Source of the DNA: Antechinus flavipes
Lineage: Eukaryota
Reading direction: 5' to 3'
Length of the DNA stretch: 64,000 bases
Assembly (NCBI RefSeq): GCF_016432865.1
Contig: NC_067399.1
Coordinates: 554,156,001-554,220,000, forward strand
The position numbers and the translations under genes are program-made. The notes under the pieces were generated by a model, which did not search any database, was not told where the DNA came from, and saw nothing but the letters and a program-made list of their open reading frames with translations. Shown piece after piece: positions 24,831 to 36,073 of this stretch (position 1 is its first letter; each line of letters opens with the position of its first letter).

Positions 24831-26264
24831 CATATGATTAACATTTTAAACTAGACCCTTGTCATCTCTTAAATAGGTTGTTCTAATAGCTTCCTAACTG
24901 ATCTTTCCATCTCAAGTATATTCCATCTCTAATACATCTTCTTCATAGCTCCCAAAGTGATATTCCAAAAATTGGCTACATAATTTCCCTATGTGAAAAG
25001 TCCCAGTGGCTTCCTTTTACTTATGGGATCAAATATAAACTCCCTTGTTTAGTAATAAAAACCCTTCATACTCTACTTCTAATTTATTACTTAATTCCCC
25101 TTCACTCAAAGGTCCAACAAAACTGGCCATTTGTTGTTCTTCATCCAGAACATTCTATTTCCCATCTCTGAAACTTTTCATGGAGATGGTCTCTACGCCT
25201 TGCTGACCTCCTTCTTCACCTGTCTTTTATAATCTTTAATTTCCTAGAAAATTCAAGTAGTCTTTTGTCCATGAGGCAAAATTTTCCTAACCTCCCCACT
25301 TACTAGTTCCTCCACTGTTCACTGATTATCTTATTTACTTCTATATATTTGGATTTGTAGTCAATTTTGCAGTCAATGCATGTTCACAATGCAAATTTGT
25401 TTTGTACATTATGGATGTAATTCAAATTTCCAACTTGTTTCTTTAAAACTTTTCCATCAAGGAACAGTGAAAATGCAAAAAACGGTGACAGTTTATAATA
25501 ACTTACAAGTAGTCTTCCAAGGCCTCCTTCCAAAAGCAAAGTCCATGTCTTTATCAAAGTCAAGTGCTATTGTAAATTTTCTGGCACAGGGGCTTGGAGT
25601 GAAGAAGTGCTGGTCCATGTCCCAGTCTCATACCAATTCCCTTTCATTTTGGTCTCTAACTCAAAAGATGGAACTTTAGATTTGCCATACTTTCTAGAGC
25701 AGCCTGGGACACAAGGAACATGGCCATTATTTATCATAGCATTTATGTATTTCTTTATCATTTAATATATAAAATTATGCTACTAATTTTTATTACGTTC
25801 CTATCTTGTGTGTGTGTGTGTGGTCAATGAAGAAGCTTTTAAGTATCATACCCCAATCTCATTTTCCCCTTAAACTGTAATTTTTATTGATTGATTTGGC
25901 ATAATAGGGTGCTTTGAGAGAATATATATGACATGTTACAACAGAACTGCTTGTATTTACATTTGTACATGTTATTTCCCCCAACAGAATATAAGTTCCT
26001 TGAGGGCAAGTGTTATTTAAGATATTCCATCTTCAAATTTGGACCTTTTCTCTTGTTATCCCCCATGTGTAGAATTTCCTCCCTCCCATCTACTTTCTGA
26101 TTTTCCTGGTCTCTTTCTAGTCCAAGCTGAAATAACTGCCTTCTACAGTAAGTCTTTCCAGATCTCCTTAAGCCCTACTGTCTTCTATCTGAGGTTATCT
26201 CCAATTTATCTTGCACATAGCTCATCTGTATATAGTTATTTGTATTTTGTCTCTCCCCATTAGA

Positions 26265-26337
26265 TTTGGGATGTCATTGATACTCTGATACAGATGGTTG
26301 TTGGTCCCTTGTATCAGAGTATCAATGACATCTCAAA
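26265..26337. other. 28-bp inverted repeat (1 mismatch) with 17-nt loop
   Basis: Arms 26265-26292 and 26310-26337 are reverse complements except at one G:T position. Confidence 0.95.
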
Positions 26338-26655
26338 GTTGAGGTCAAAGTAAAATCTGTTTGATTGGCAGATCAGTACAATATAAGTTCAGAAGACTCT
26401 ACCATAGGTCAGACATGAATAGTCCATGTGAATATTTGAGATGAAGGTATATCTAGATTTGTGCAAATTACATTTTCTTTGTGCTATTGTGATTCTGTCT
26501 TGTTCATAGTGCCCTCTTTGAAGTTGGTATCCCTGCCTTCTATGTCTCCCAGTCAATAATGAGTCCTTCAGAGAGACCTTGAGGATCTCTTTGGACTGTC
26601 TTCTTCTGATATCCATATGAGTTTTTTGTAAAATAATCTTTTTGGTAAACATATA
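26296..26655 (-). mobile_element. RTE LINE 3' end
   Basis: ORF-track peptide 26389-26652 contains ILKVSLKD and HYEQDRITIAQRKCNLHKSR, similar to the RTE ORF C-terminus; tail ggttgttggtccc at ~26296. Confidence 0.8.
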
Positions 26656-27454
26656 TAGTCACTTAAAAATGCTTAATAACTTTATTTGCCTTAATCTAGA
26701 GTAATCATCAAGCATCCAGTCCAAGCTTGAGCAGGGTTTGACCTGATATACTAGCTCTGGAGCCTTTCTACACTTGATCAATTCAGCAGTCTAAATACTT
26801 TTTTCCAGATATCCTAGGTTCACATTGGATTCAAACTGGAACACAAATCTAGTTCTTACTTGATGACTTGGTTAGGGCCACTCAACACATCCCAAATTGG
26901 ATGCATCCTCTGGTGGATAAGCCAGAGCAAAGCTAGACTCTGGCATGCAAATGTCCAGGGCAGAATTCTCTGAGGCATTCATCATGGCATGTGTCACTGT
27001 GATGTGAGGCTTTGATGTGAGAAGAGGCATCACAAGGGAATACATTATTAGAATGATTAGGTCACACTGTGGAATCTTACATACTTTCTCTAAACCAAAC
27101 CCATTTTTATTTTTATCCAACATCTATCAGAATTAAATCTTAAATTCTTATTAAAATGATACTTTGCTCCAAAAAAGTTACATTGGAATTTGTAATAATT
27201 ATTAATGACTGAAATAGAAGTTTGATGTGTGAAAAACATTGCATTAAATTTACAGTTTTAAACTAGAACTTATATATGCAGTATTTGTCAACAAATTCTA
27301 TGTGTACTTAAATGTACATCTGCTACACATGTATTGTATAGGAACAAATTTAAAGAAATAGATTACATGTAATTTTGTATCAGCAATAACTCAGTTTAAC
27401 ATATTTTAGGGAAAATTTTTAGGAAATGTTAAAAAAAAAAGCAGATAAACTTTT

Positions 27455-27675
27455 ATTTTAATCACAACGATAAGGACTTGACCTATGATTTTATTGGTTT
27501 AGGGAACTAGAAACACAGGTTGACACCTTCTGGGCAACTTAGTTTTAAGAGAGTTGCCTAGACTTGAGCACTGAAATACTTGCTCAAGGTCACACACCCA
27601 GTATGTGTCAGAGGGACTTGAACTCACCCAGATCTTCCTGGCTGTCTGTCTATGAACTACAACACATTGCCTCTT
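27455..27675 (-). mobile_element. CORE-SINE (MIR-related marsupial SINE)
   Basis: gagagttgcctaga...cttgctcaaggtcacacacccagtatgtgtcagagggacttgaactc. Confidence 0.7.
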
Positions 27676-30584
27676 CTATTTCATTAATATCATTCTTTAA
27701 AGTTGGTAAAGTTATGAATAGTCACCTCTGTGGTGAGAAATCAGGAGCTATATATAAGGATGCTACTTTCTTCACCCATTCAAAGTTCATTGATAACCTC
27801 TTCCATTAGAAATTCCATAGTTTAAAATTTCATTCTCTATTAATCAGCTTTTTATTGAGTAAGCAGGGAATGATGGCAAGTTTATGCCCCTTCCCAACCC
27901 AGGGCAGCAGCAATGGGGGAAGGGAGGGAGAGGAGGAGGTGTGGGAGAAGAGAAAGAAGCGGGGACAGAGAGGATGGATGTCATTCACACCTTATTGTGT
28001 GAATAAGTGGACAGGATGCTTTCCTTGGTGCAGGTTTTAAAAGGGAAGGTGTGAGGAAAGACTAGGAACTATTTCCTGAGGGTTAAGAGGAGGTGAAAGA
28101 AAAGGGAAAGAAAAGAAGTGGAAGAAATTGAGGATGTGGCTGAGAAGGCTGTTTAGTTTTAAATATTTTCCTATTCTGTACAGGATCAGCTATGGTAGTA
28201 TAGGTCATAACTGCTAAATATTGACCCTGCCTTTTTAATCTTAACTTTGAGAATCAAAGACTCTGATATTAAGTTTTATAACACTTGAGAATATATGGAT
28301 TTTTACTTCTTTGTCATTGAGATAAACATTCTTATCAGATAATAATTGTTCTTGCCCAAAGAAAACAAAGACCACAGCTTGCACTACATCAGCATGAATG
28401 TCACAGTATGACTATAACAGCCTGTGAGTTGGAAAATACTTTGTGCCTAAACTGCTATAGCACCGTAAAAACAAACCGAGCCTATTTATAGCATAGAATA
28501 GACAGTCTGCAGGCTTTGTGACTTCCCTCGTGTTGCTCTGGATGAATGGGGTTCTCAATCACAACAGCAAGTTTTTAATAAAAATCCATACCAAGTTTTA
28601 GATTTAACATTTGGTTGGTCCATATGTCATGAGCAAAGTATGTGGAGCTCAAAAAACTGGCATGGAGTTTAATTTTGAAAAGGATCAGGACCTTTAGTTA
28701 GTAGTAACTCAGTATCTAGATTACATACAATAAGCAATCATGTACTGTGGAAGCCTTTAGAATGAAGCCCATTGGAGGCCTCTTTTAAAACAGTAAATAA
28801 AATACCTAAAAACGAGTTGGCTTCTGGATTCCTAAAGTCAGACAGAATTGAGCCCACAGGTATGTTTATGAAAACTGAATCACTGAAGATATTTTTTAAG
28901 ACTTAAAAAAAATAAAGAAGGCAGAAATTGTCCTTGTAAAAGAAATACAGACATAGGATAGAGTGGGGAAAATTTCCGGTTTTCAAAGCTGATTTCTGAT
29001 ATGGGTGGTCATTCCAAAAGAAATGTGCATATTTAAGCTTCCTTGCCCAATTCGAATCTGCTCTTTTCCCTGACACCCTCCCAACTCCCCCCCACCCCAA
29101 AACATATTCTCTTTCTCTTTTTTTCCTCTTCCTTTTCTCTCTTCTCAGACTAAAAATTTCTAGTGATTTTTAGTCAGTTTAAAACGATCTGAATTTTAAA
29201 CTCTTTTTCCTGTGTCCATGGGAAAGATTTTAAGGAATATTTTGATGTAAAATAATATCAATATTTGTTTTGAAATTAAGAGAAATTTGGTTATAATTTT
29301 TAATATGAAATAACCAAGCATCCATTAGAAAGTTTTGACAAAAACAGAAACCAATTACATCTATAAACTGTGCCCATCATGAATATTTTTGTTTCTTTAT
29401 AAAACTCATCTTCAAAACAGCTAACTTGTAATTATTAAAACATCAAAGACCCACAAGAAGAAATCTTCAGAAAGCTATAAATAAACTAAGCTGAAATTTA
29501 CACCAAAACATCTAGATAATTAGCATTGTTTTCAGCCTTGTCCAATATTTTTATTTTCTTCATTTTAATGTATTTTCTTAACATTTCTGCTTCCACACAC
29601 TAAAAATCATAATTGGCTATTGTGTTTATAACCATGTGTCATACACCTGTTAAGGCTGTTTATGTGGATCTTGAGTGGAGGAAAATGTTTCAATATTAAT
29701 ATGCTGATAGAAATCACAACATTTAACCCAAACTTTTCCTCTTTTCTCACTAATATTCTAAGTGCTAGGGGGGAAAATCACACAAATAACAGAATTCACT
29801 TTCTTTTGAGAGGAACAAAGGCTGTATTTATCAAGTTCTATTCAGCTTGTGAATACTGGAGTTTTAGGAAAGATGGATTCTTTTGAAAATCAGAAAAAGC
29901 CAACCCTTTAAGTATATTTTAAAGAGCTTTCTAATAACATCTTCTGGCAATTACTGTACTTCTACTGGCAGCAGCTGTAAATTTTAAACAGGGACATTAC
30001 TGCACCCTAATCAGCAGAACTTTATATATCCAATACACTTCCTTGCACATAGTAGACCTTCAGTAAGTATGTTAAATGAATTAGGGAGAGGGGCTTCAAG
30101 TAATATAATATTTTGATTAGTGAATACTAAATATTATATTAAGCTTCCCATTCATTCAGCAAATATTCAAAGAATGTAAAGTATTATGTTCTAGGTGACA
30201 ATGAATGAAATCATATTTGTCATTAGAGTTTATAGATCTAGTTGAGATGGCAAAGAATACAATTGAACTAGAGTACCAATTATAATCTTTTAAAAATTGT
30301 AATCTAATTAGATTAATAAAGAGATCACTGAAATTACAGGTACAGTCCTACTTTAACAACAGGGAGATAGTGTGATACAGAGGATAGAAAGCTTGTCTTG
30401 AAGTCAGGAAAAGTGCTGCCTTTGAACAAATACTGTCCACTCGTTCTTATGCAAATCCCTTAATTGTTTAGTGTTCTCTCTAGACACCAAGTATAACTCT
30501 GTTTTTGTAAAATGAAGTTTCCTCCTCAGAAGTTCCCCAAATCACTGAAATCATAAGTCTGTTTCCTGATCCTCCAAATACAAA

Positions 30585-30800
30585 TATGTGTATTTTGTGC
30601 TTATATGGTTTTATGCATATGCACACATGTGTACACATATATGCACATATATACACATGCACAGCAACAAGACTTTGGGAAGCTCTTTGTGCATATGTGT
30701 TTATGTGCACACATGTGTACATACGATGTATGTACACTGTATAAACATATGTATATATTTGTTTATGGATAGATACATGCACATATACATCTATCTATCT
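30585..30800. repeat. Imperfect alternating purine-pyrimidine (TA/CA/TG) tract
   Basis: Directly visible: tatgcacacatgtgtacacatatatgcac and similar. Confidence 0.85.
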
Positions 30801-31134
30801 GAAAGTAACATGGTATAATGAATTTAATGCTAGATTTGGAGTCAAAATCACCTGATTACTCCCAGTTGTGTGACTCTGGGGCAAATTATTTACTTAATCT
30901 CTACTTGCTTCAGGCTGTTTTTTAAGATTTAGCTGCAACGTTATGGGGAAGTGACATCTACTTCAAAATCAGTGTAGTTTCCTACACTGATAAAATCAGA
31001 GACAGTGAGAAAAATGTTAAATTCTTTTATGTATCTTTGTTTAATATTTTAGACTGACAATGCGCTTTTTTTGTTCTTGTTTCTGCTGATTCTTACTTGA
31101 AGACTAAAATATAGTACTCCCACCATAATAATAA

Positions 31135-31415
31135 AGGCAGCTACATGATTCATTGGATAGAATACCAGGCATTGAGTGGTGAAGATATCATTAGTTTGAT
31201 TCTGGACTCAGACACTCATTTAAATCATTTAAGCCCTGTTTGCCTCAATTTTCCTTCCTGTGAAATGGTCTGGACAAGTCATTTAAGCCATTTGTCTCGA
31301 TTTTTCTTCTTGTGAAATGGCCTCTCAGGGTTGTTATAAAGACCAAATGACAGAATGATTATAAAGCATTTAGTACAGTGCCTGGCTTGCAGTAAGTGCT
31401 ATATAAATGTGACCT
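31135..31415 (+). mobile_element. MIR/Mar-type SINE with an internal tandem duplication
   Basis: Head ggcagctacatgattcattggatagaa. The core segment tcatttaagcc...gtgaaatgg occurs twice (31225-31268 and 31279-31320). Confidence 0.7.
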
Positions 31416-31419
31416 ATTA

Positions 31420-31660
31420 TTATTCATGATAATGCTCACATTCCTAGAAGATTCACAAAGCACTTCACATTCACTCATATCGTCACAACCACCATATAAA
31501 TTAAATATTGTTGTTATCCCCATTTTGCAGTTAAGTAAATTGAGGTTCACAAAGATTTAGGTAATTTGCCTAGGTCCACACAATTTATATATGTCTAAGG
31601 GAAGATTTGAACCAAGAAGGGCATCTTATTATCTACTAACCCAAGCTGCCTGCCTCCTTG
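31420..31660 (-). mobile_element. MIR, tail-to-tail with the previous SINE
   Basis: ttatccccattttgcagttaagtaaattgaggttcacaaagatttaggtaatttgcctaggtccacaca. Confidence 0.75.
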
Positions 31661-33889
31661 TACATTTATTACCATAGTTTTCCAGATCCCCTGAAAGACT
31701 AAGCAAGATAAAACTATGATAATTTGGTAATTTGTTATTGTTCTTATATAGAATCAGATGTTCTAAATGTTTTTAACCCACCCCTACTGGAAGTGAAGAC
31801 AATTTCTTATATTCGTAGGGAAAAAATATCTTGAACCAAAAATAATGATGAGAGTGTCTCTTCAATATATGTTAAAAATAGGTAAATACGAAATTAGATG
31901 AGCTAGTAAAGTTAGCTTGGAAATGATTTTATTTTAATAAACGACTTGTCTTCTATCTTCAGCTGGGATTAAATGTGAAGCTATTCATATGCATTTTAAG
32001 AGTAGTCATCACTTGACAGACGACACAAATTGTTAAGGCACTCAGAAGGGAGATCAAGTAATAGTAGGAATAGATTGGGAGTTTTTGAGCACAATGTTTC
32101 AGACTTTTAAGATTAGTCCTTTGAGTGAGCTTTGTGCACTCTTGGAGTGCCTGCATGCACTTTTGATCTCTTTTCCTATTATTGTTTTTCACTCATCTTG
32201 TATTGTTGAATGTCATATGAATTTTGCATTCATCTTTTATCTCGTAAAAGCAGTCAGTCTTTGAAAGCTAATTGACATTTACTAACTGATCATCACTAAA
32301 TATATTTGATTAACAAGGATATAAGGTCACAGCTTTAAATGACGTGCTAAAAATATTACATCCTTGTCCATTGAAGGCAGTAAAGGATTATGTAGTATTT
32401 ATTTTGAAAGTCAGAAGAGATTTGGGGAAAAATTGAATGTAATTGTGAAGTAATCATTTAGTCTTTCAATGTTTAAGAACAAATTTAAACTCTACCTACA
32501 GCTAATATAGAGCTCTCTTAGAACCTATTCTATTCATCCTATACAGAAAAGTCCCAACAGATATTGTCAAATCAAAAGAACTTTAAAATGAAGTCAGTAG
32601 AGATCCCATATCTTGTTTTGTGCCATCCAAATTCCCCTCTTTCTCATAATATTTATAGTAGTCCTGATAAAGGATCCTTATACCTTTCCAATCCATTTAT
32701 CCTCATGGTCATCAGACTACCCCATCAAGATTTTCTAAATCACCTGATACTTTTAGTCCAAACTCGTCATTTTACTGATAAGGAGACAATTAGGGATAAG
32801 AAATTGTGATTAATATTCCCCACACCTGGAAAGAGTATCATATGATTTCCAGTACCCATTCTTTGCCAAGACTCAGATCTATATTTCATCTGAGAATTGT
32901 ACTGATTTCAGAGAGTCCATTGCTATTATGCTATGACTCAGCTTGGTTTGCAAAAAAGTTCTATGGAACATCATCTCCCTAGCTTTTTTAGCTAAGATTT
33001 CCGAGCATAAACAACAAATCTGAATTGCACACAGGAATGGAATTGAGTGTTAAACAAGTTCATGTTATTCAGAAGATAGTTACTGGTTGTGCAAATAATA
33101 ATGTATTTCTTGTGTCTCAGGCTCCAATTCTCAAACCCAATAAGGATTAACTTTAGACATGTTCCAGCAGTTCTAGCTTTTTTACATGATACTGATGCAT
33201 GGAGATCATTAACCAATAAATATATTATTATTTCTAGGACCCATGTTTGAGTCCTTTATAATCCACATCTCAAATATGCTCTTCTAAATGGATTTCTCCT
33301 CTGCTTCTTATACAAAGTATAGAGATCATTAAGCAAAAATATCTGGTCAGATTTTGGAGGAACACTTATATGAATGAATATCAGGATCATAAAACTCAAA
33401 ACACAAAGTGCTGACACAATTCTTCTCCCCTCCACAATTCTCTCATTTGAAGATAATTCTACTTACATAATTCTGTAGCTAACTTTATTTTCTCTGATGA
33501 ATAGACTAAACATTCCTTTTCATTACATTTCAAAATAAATGAACAGATTCATTAAATGAAATGTTCATATTCAAAACCCACCATAAATTCTTCCACAGAA
33601 TTCTAGCTATTTTTGTTTTATTTTAGCTTAAAATTTTTTGATAAACACAACCTTTCATTTAATTCTTCAATTCTTTCTCTGAATTCCCCTAAAAAGCACA
33701 AAAGTAGTTTATCTGTCTTTAAATATTTGCAATAGTGGTTTCTTTGGCTCCCTTCTGTCCTCAAGTTGCTTCCATTTATTTTATTTTCAACTAATTATCT
33801 TGAACTGATGCTTCCTGAAGATTTTCCTCTTTCTGCTTATGAGACTTCTATGCTTCCAGTTATTATGAGCTCAGTTTTGTAACATCAGA

Positions 33890-34283
33890 TCTATCAGTAA
33901 TTTTTCATTTGTCTTCAGTCTCCCATAACCAACTAATTGCCAAATCTTATTAATTGTGTTTCTGCTACATCTCAAACTTCTCTTCTCTTCTTTTCATACT
34001 CTTGTGAACCTATACGTTCTGATCACCTGGATTATTATAACTCCATCTTAATTGCCTTCCTGCTTCTAGTCTCCTCTCCATCCAATCCACACACATAAAA
34101 TTGCCAAAATAATCCTCCTAAGAAATAGGTCTAAACATGTTAATCTTTTGCTCAAAATTCTTCAGTGGCTTCCCCAGGAGAACATAAACTCCTTGAGGAC
34201 AGGAATTATTTTGCCTTTGTTTCTGTGTCTTTTTTTACCTGCTACAATGTCTTGTACATGACAGGTGTTTAATGAATGTTTGG
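33890..34283 (+). mobile_element. L2 3' fragment with tail
   Basis: ctgatcacctggattattataactcc...cttcagtggcttcccc followed by taaactccttgaggacagg...gtgtttaatgaatgtttg. Confidence 0.75.
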
Positions 34284-34574
34284 CAAATCAGAGAAATAAA
34301 TCTAAGAGGAATTTATAACTATAAGTTGTACAGTGCTCATGTTGGTTTGGTACTCAAAGGCCACATGAGGAAAGTAGAAATTATATTTGGGTCTCAAATT
34401 TTCCTGTGAGCAAGTCAAAGGGAAATCACCATTTGCAGATCATGTTTCAAAAAGAATCTTTATGTAGTACTCAACAGCAATTGCTGATCAAAGTGAGGAA
34501 AGCTACAATAAAAGACAATGATGAGCAACACCACGAGAGCTATAATTTTATAAATAGACCAGATTCATCTAAAG

Positions 34575-36073
34575 AAGTGGTTCTCAAACTTTTATTCTCA
34601 GTGTCTTTATACTATCGAAAATTGAGGATCTGTTCAAAATGTTTTTATTTATGTAGGTTATATTTAGAGATATTTTCCATATTAGGAAAACATTTTGAAT
34701 TTTTTAAATAATAGTTTTTTTAATTTTCATATATATGCAAAAATAGTTTTCAACATTCACCTTTGTAAAACCTTGTGTTCCAAATTTTTCTCTCTCCCTT
34801 CCTCCTACCCTCTCTCCTAGACAGCAAGTTATCCAATGTATGTTAAACATGTGTAATTCTTCTATACATATTTCCACAATTATCATGCTGCACAAGAAAT
34901 ATCAGATAAAAAAGGAAAAAAAATTAGAAAGAAAACTAAGACTAAGCAAACAACAACCAAAAAGGTGAAAACACTATGTTGTGATCCACATTCAGTCCCC
35001 ATAGACCTCTATTTGGATGCAGATGGTCTCCATCATAAGTCTATTGGAATTGGCCTGAATCACTTCACTTTGAAAAGAGCCACATCCATCAGAATTGATC
35101 ATTGCATAATCTTCTTCTTATTGTGTATGATGTTCTCTTCGTTCTACTCACTTCACTTATCCTTAATTCATGCAAGTCTCTCCAGGCCTTTCTGAAATCA
35201 TCCTGCTGATTGTTTCTTACAGAACAATAATATTCCATAACATTCATAAACCATAACTTATTCAGCCATTCTCCAGCCGATGGGCATCTACTCAGTTTCC
35301 AGTTTCTTGCCACTACAAAGGGGACTGCTGCAAACATCTTTGCATACAAAGGTCCTTTTCCCTTTTTTATGATCCTTTTGGGATCTGGGTCTAGTAGAGA
35401 CACTGCTGGATCAAAGGGTATGCATAGTTTGATAGCCCTTTGGGCATAGTTCCATATTGCCCTCTAAAATGGTTGGATCAGTTCATAGTGTCACCAACAA
35501 GATGTTAGTGTCTCAGTTTTCCCACATCTCCTCTAACATTTGTCATTATCATTTCTTGTCATCTTAGCCAATCAGAGAGATGTGTAGTGGTACCTCAGAA
35601 TTGTCTTAATTTGCATTTCTCTAATCAATAGTAATTTAAAGCATTTTTTCACATGACTAGAAATAGTTTAAATTTATTCATCTGAAAATTGTCTGTTCTT
35701 ATCCTTTGACCATTATCAAATGGAGAATGCCTTATATTCTTATAAATTTGAATAAATTTTCTATTTTTTAGAAATTAGGTCTTTATCAGAATCCTTTGAT
35801 GTAAACATTTTCCCCCAGTTTTCTGCTTCCCTTCTAATCTTATCTGCCCTGATTTTGTTTGTACAAAACGTTTTTAACTTAATATAATCAAAATTATGCA
35901 TTTTGCATTTCATAATATACTCTAGTTCTTCTTTGGCCACAAATTCCTTCCTTCCCTACAGATCTGAAATGTAGATTATCCTTTGTTTTTCTAATTTTCA
36001 TAATTTTGAATTTTTTGAACCTCTGAAAGTGGTTTTAGGATCTCCCCAAGACTCTCTACTTTGAGAACCACTA
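34575..36073 (+). mobile_element. hAT/Charlie-type MITE split by an L1
   Basis: TIRs agtggttctcaaa (34576) and tttgagaaccact (36060-36072); 8-bp TSD atctaaag (34567-34574) and atttagag (36074-36081); homologous to the intact copy at 45516-45725. Confidence 0.8.
34706..36002 (-). mobile_element. 5'-truncated L1 with a 14-bp TSD
   Basis: Peptide 35089-35403 (KGKGPLYAKMFAAVPFVVARNWKLSRCPSAGEWLNKLW) is L1 ORF2; TSD ATTTTGAATTTTTT at 34692-34705 and 36003-36016. Confidence 0.9.

Larger units (their letters stand above)
22410..26020 (+). mobile_element. Long L2 (RT domain to 3' tail) interrupted by later insertions
   Basis: ORF-track peptide 22749-23189 contains SEIAISKIISEILIAKSNG, similar to L2 RT ETALSKVTNDLLIAKSNG. 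L2 text continues across the L1 at 23543-24830; the tail aagttccttgagggcaag is at ~25994-26011. Confidence 0.8.

Noticed and set aside
31135-31660. Tail-to-tail MIR pair as a possible hairpin RNA source
   Set aside because: The two copies are too diverged by eye to form an extended duplex.
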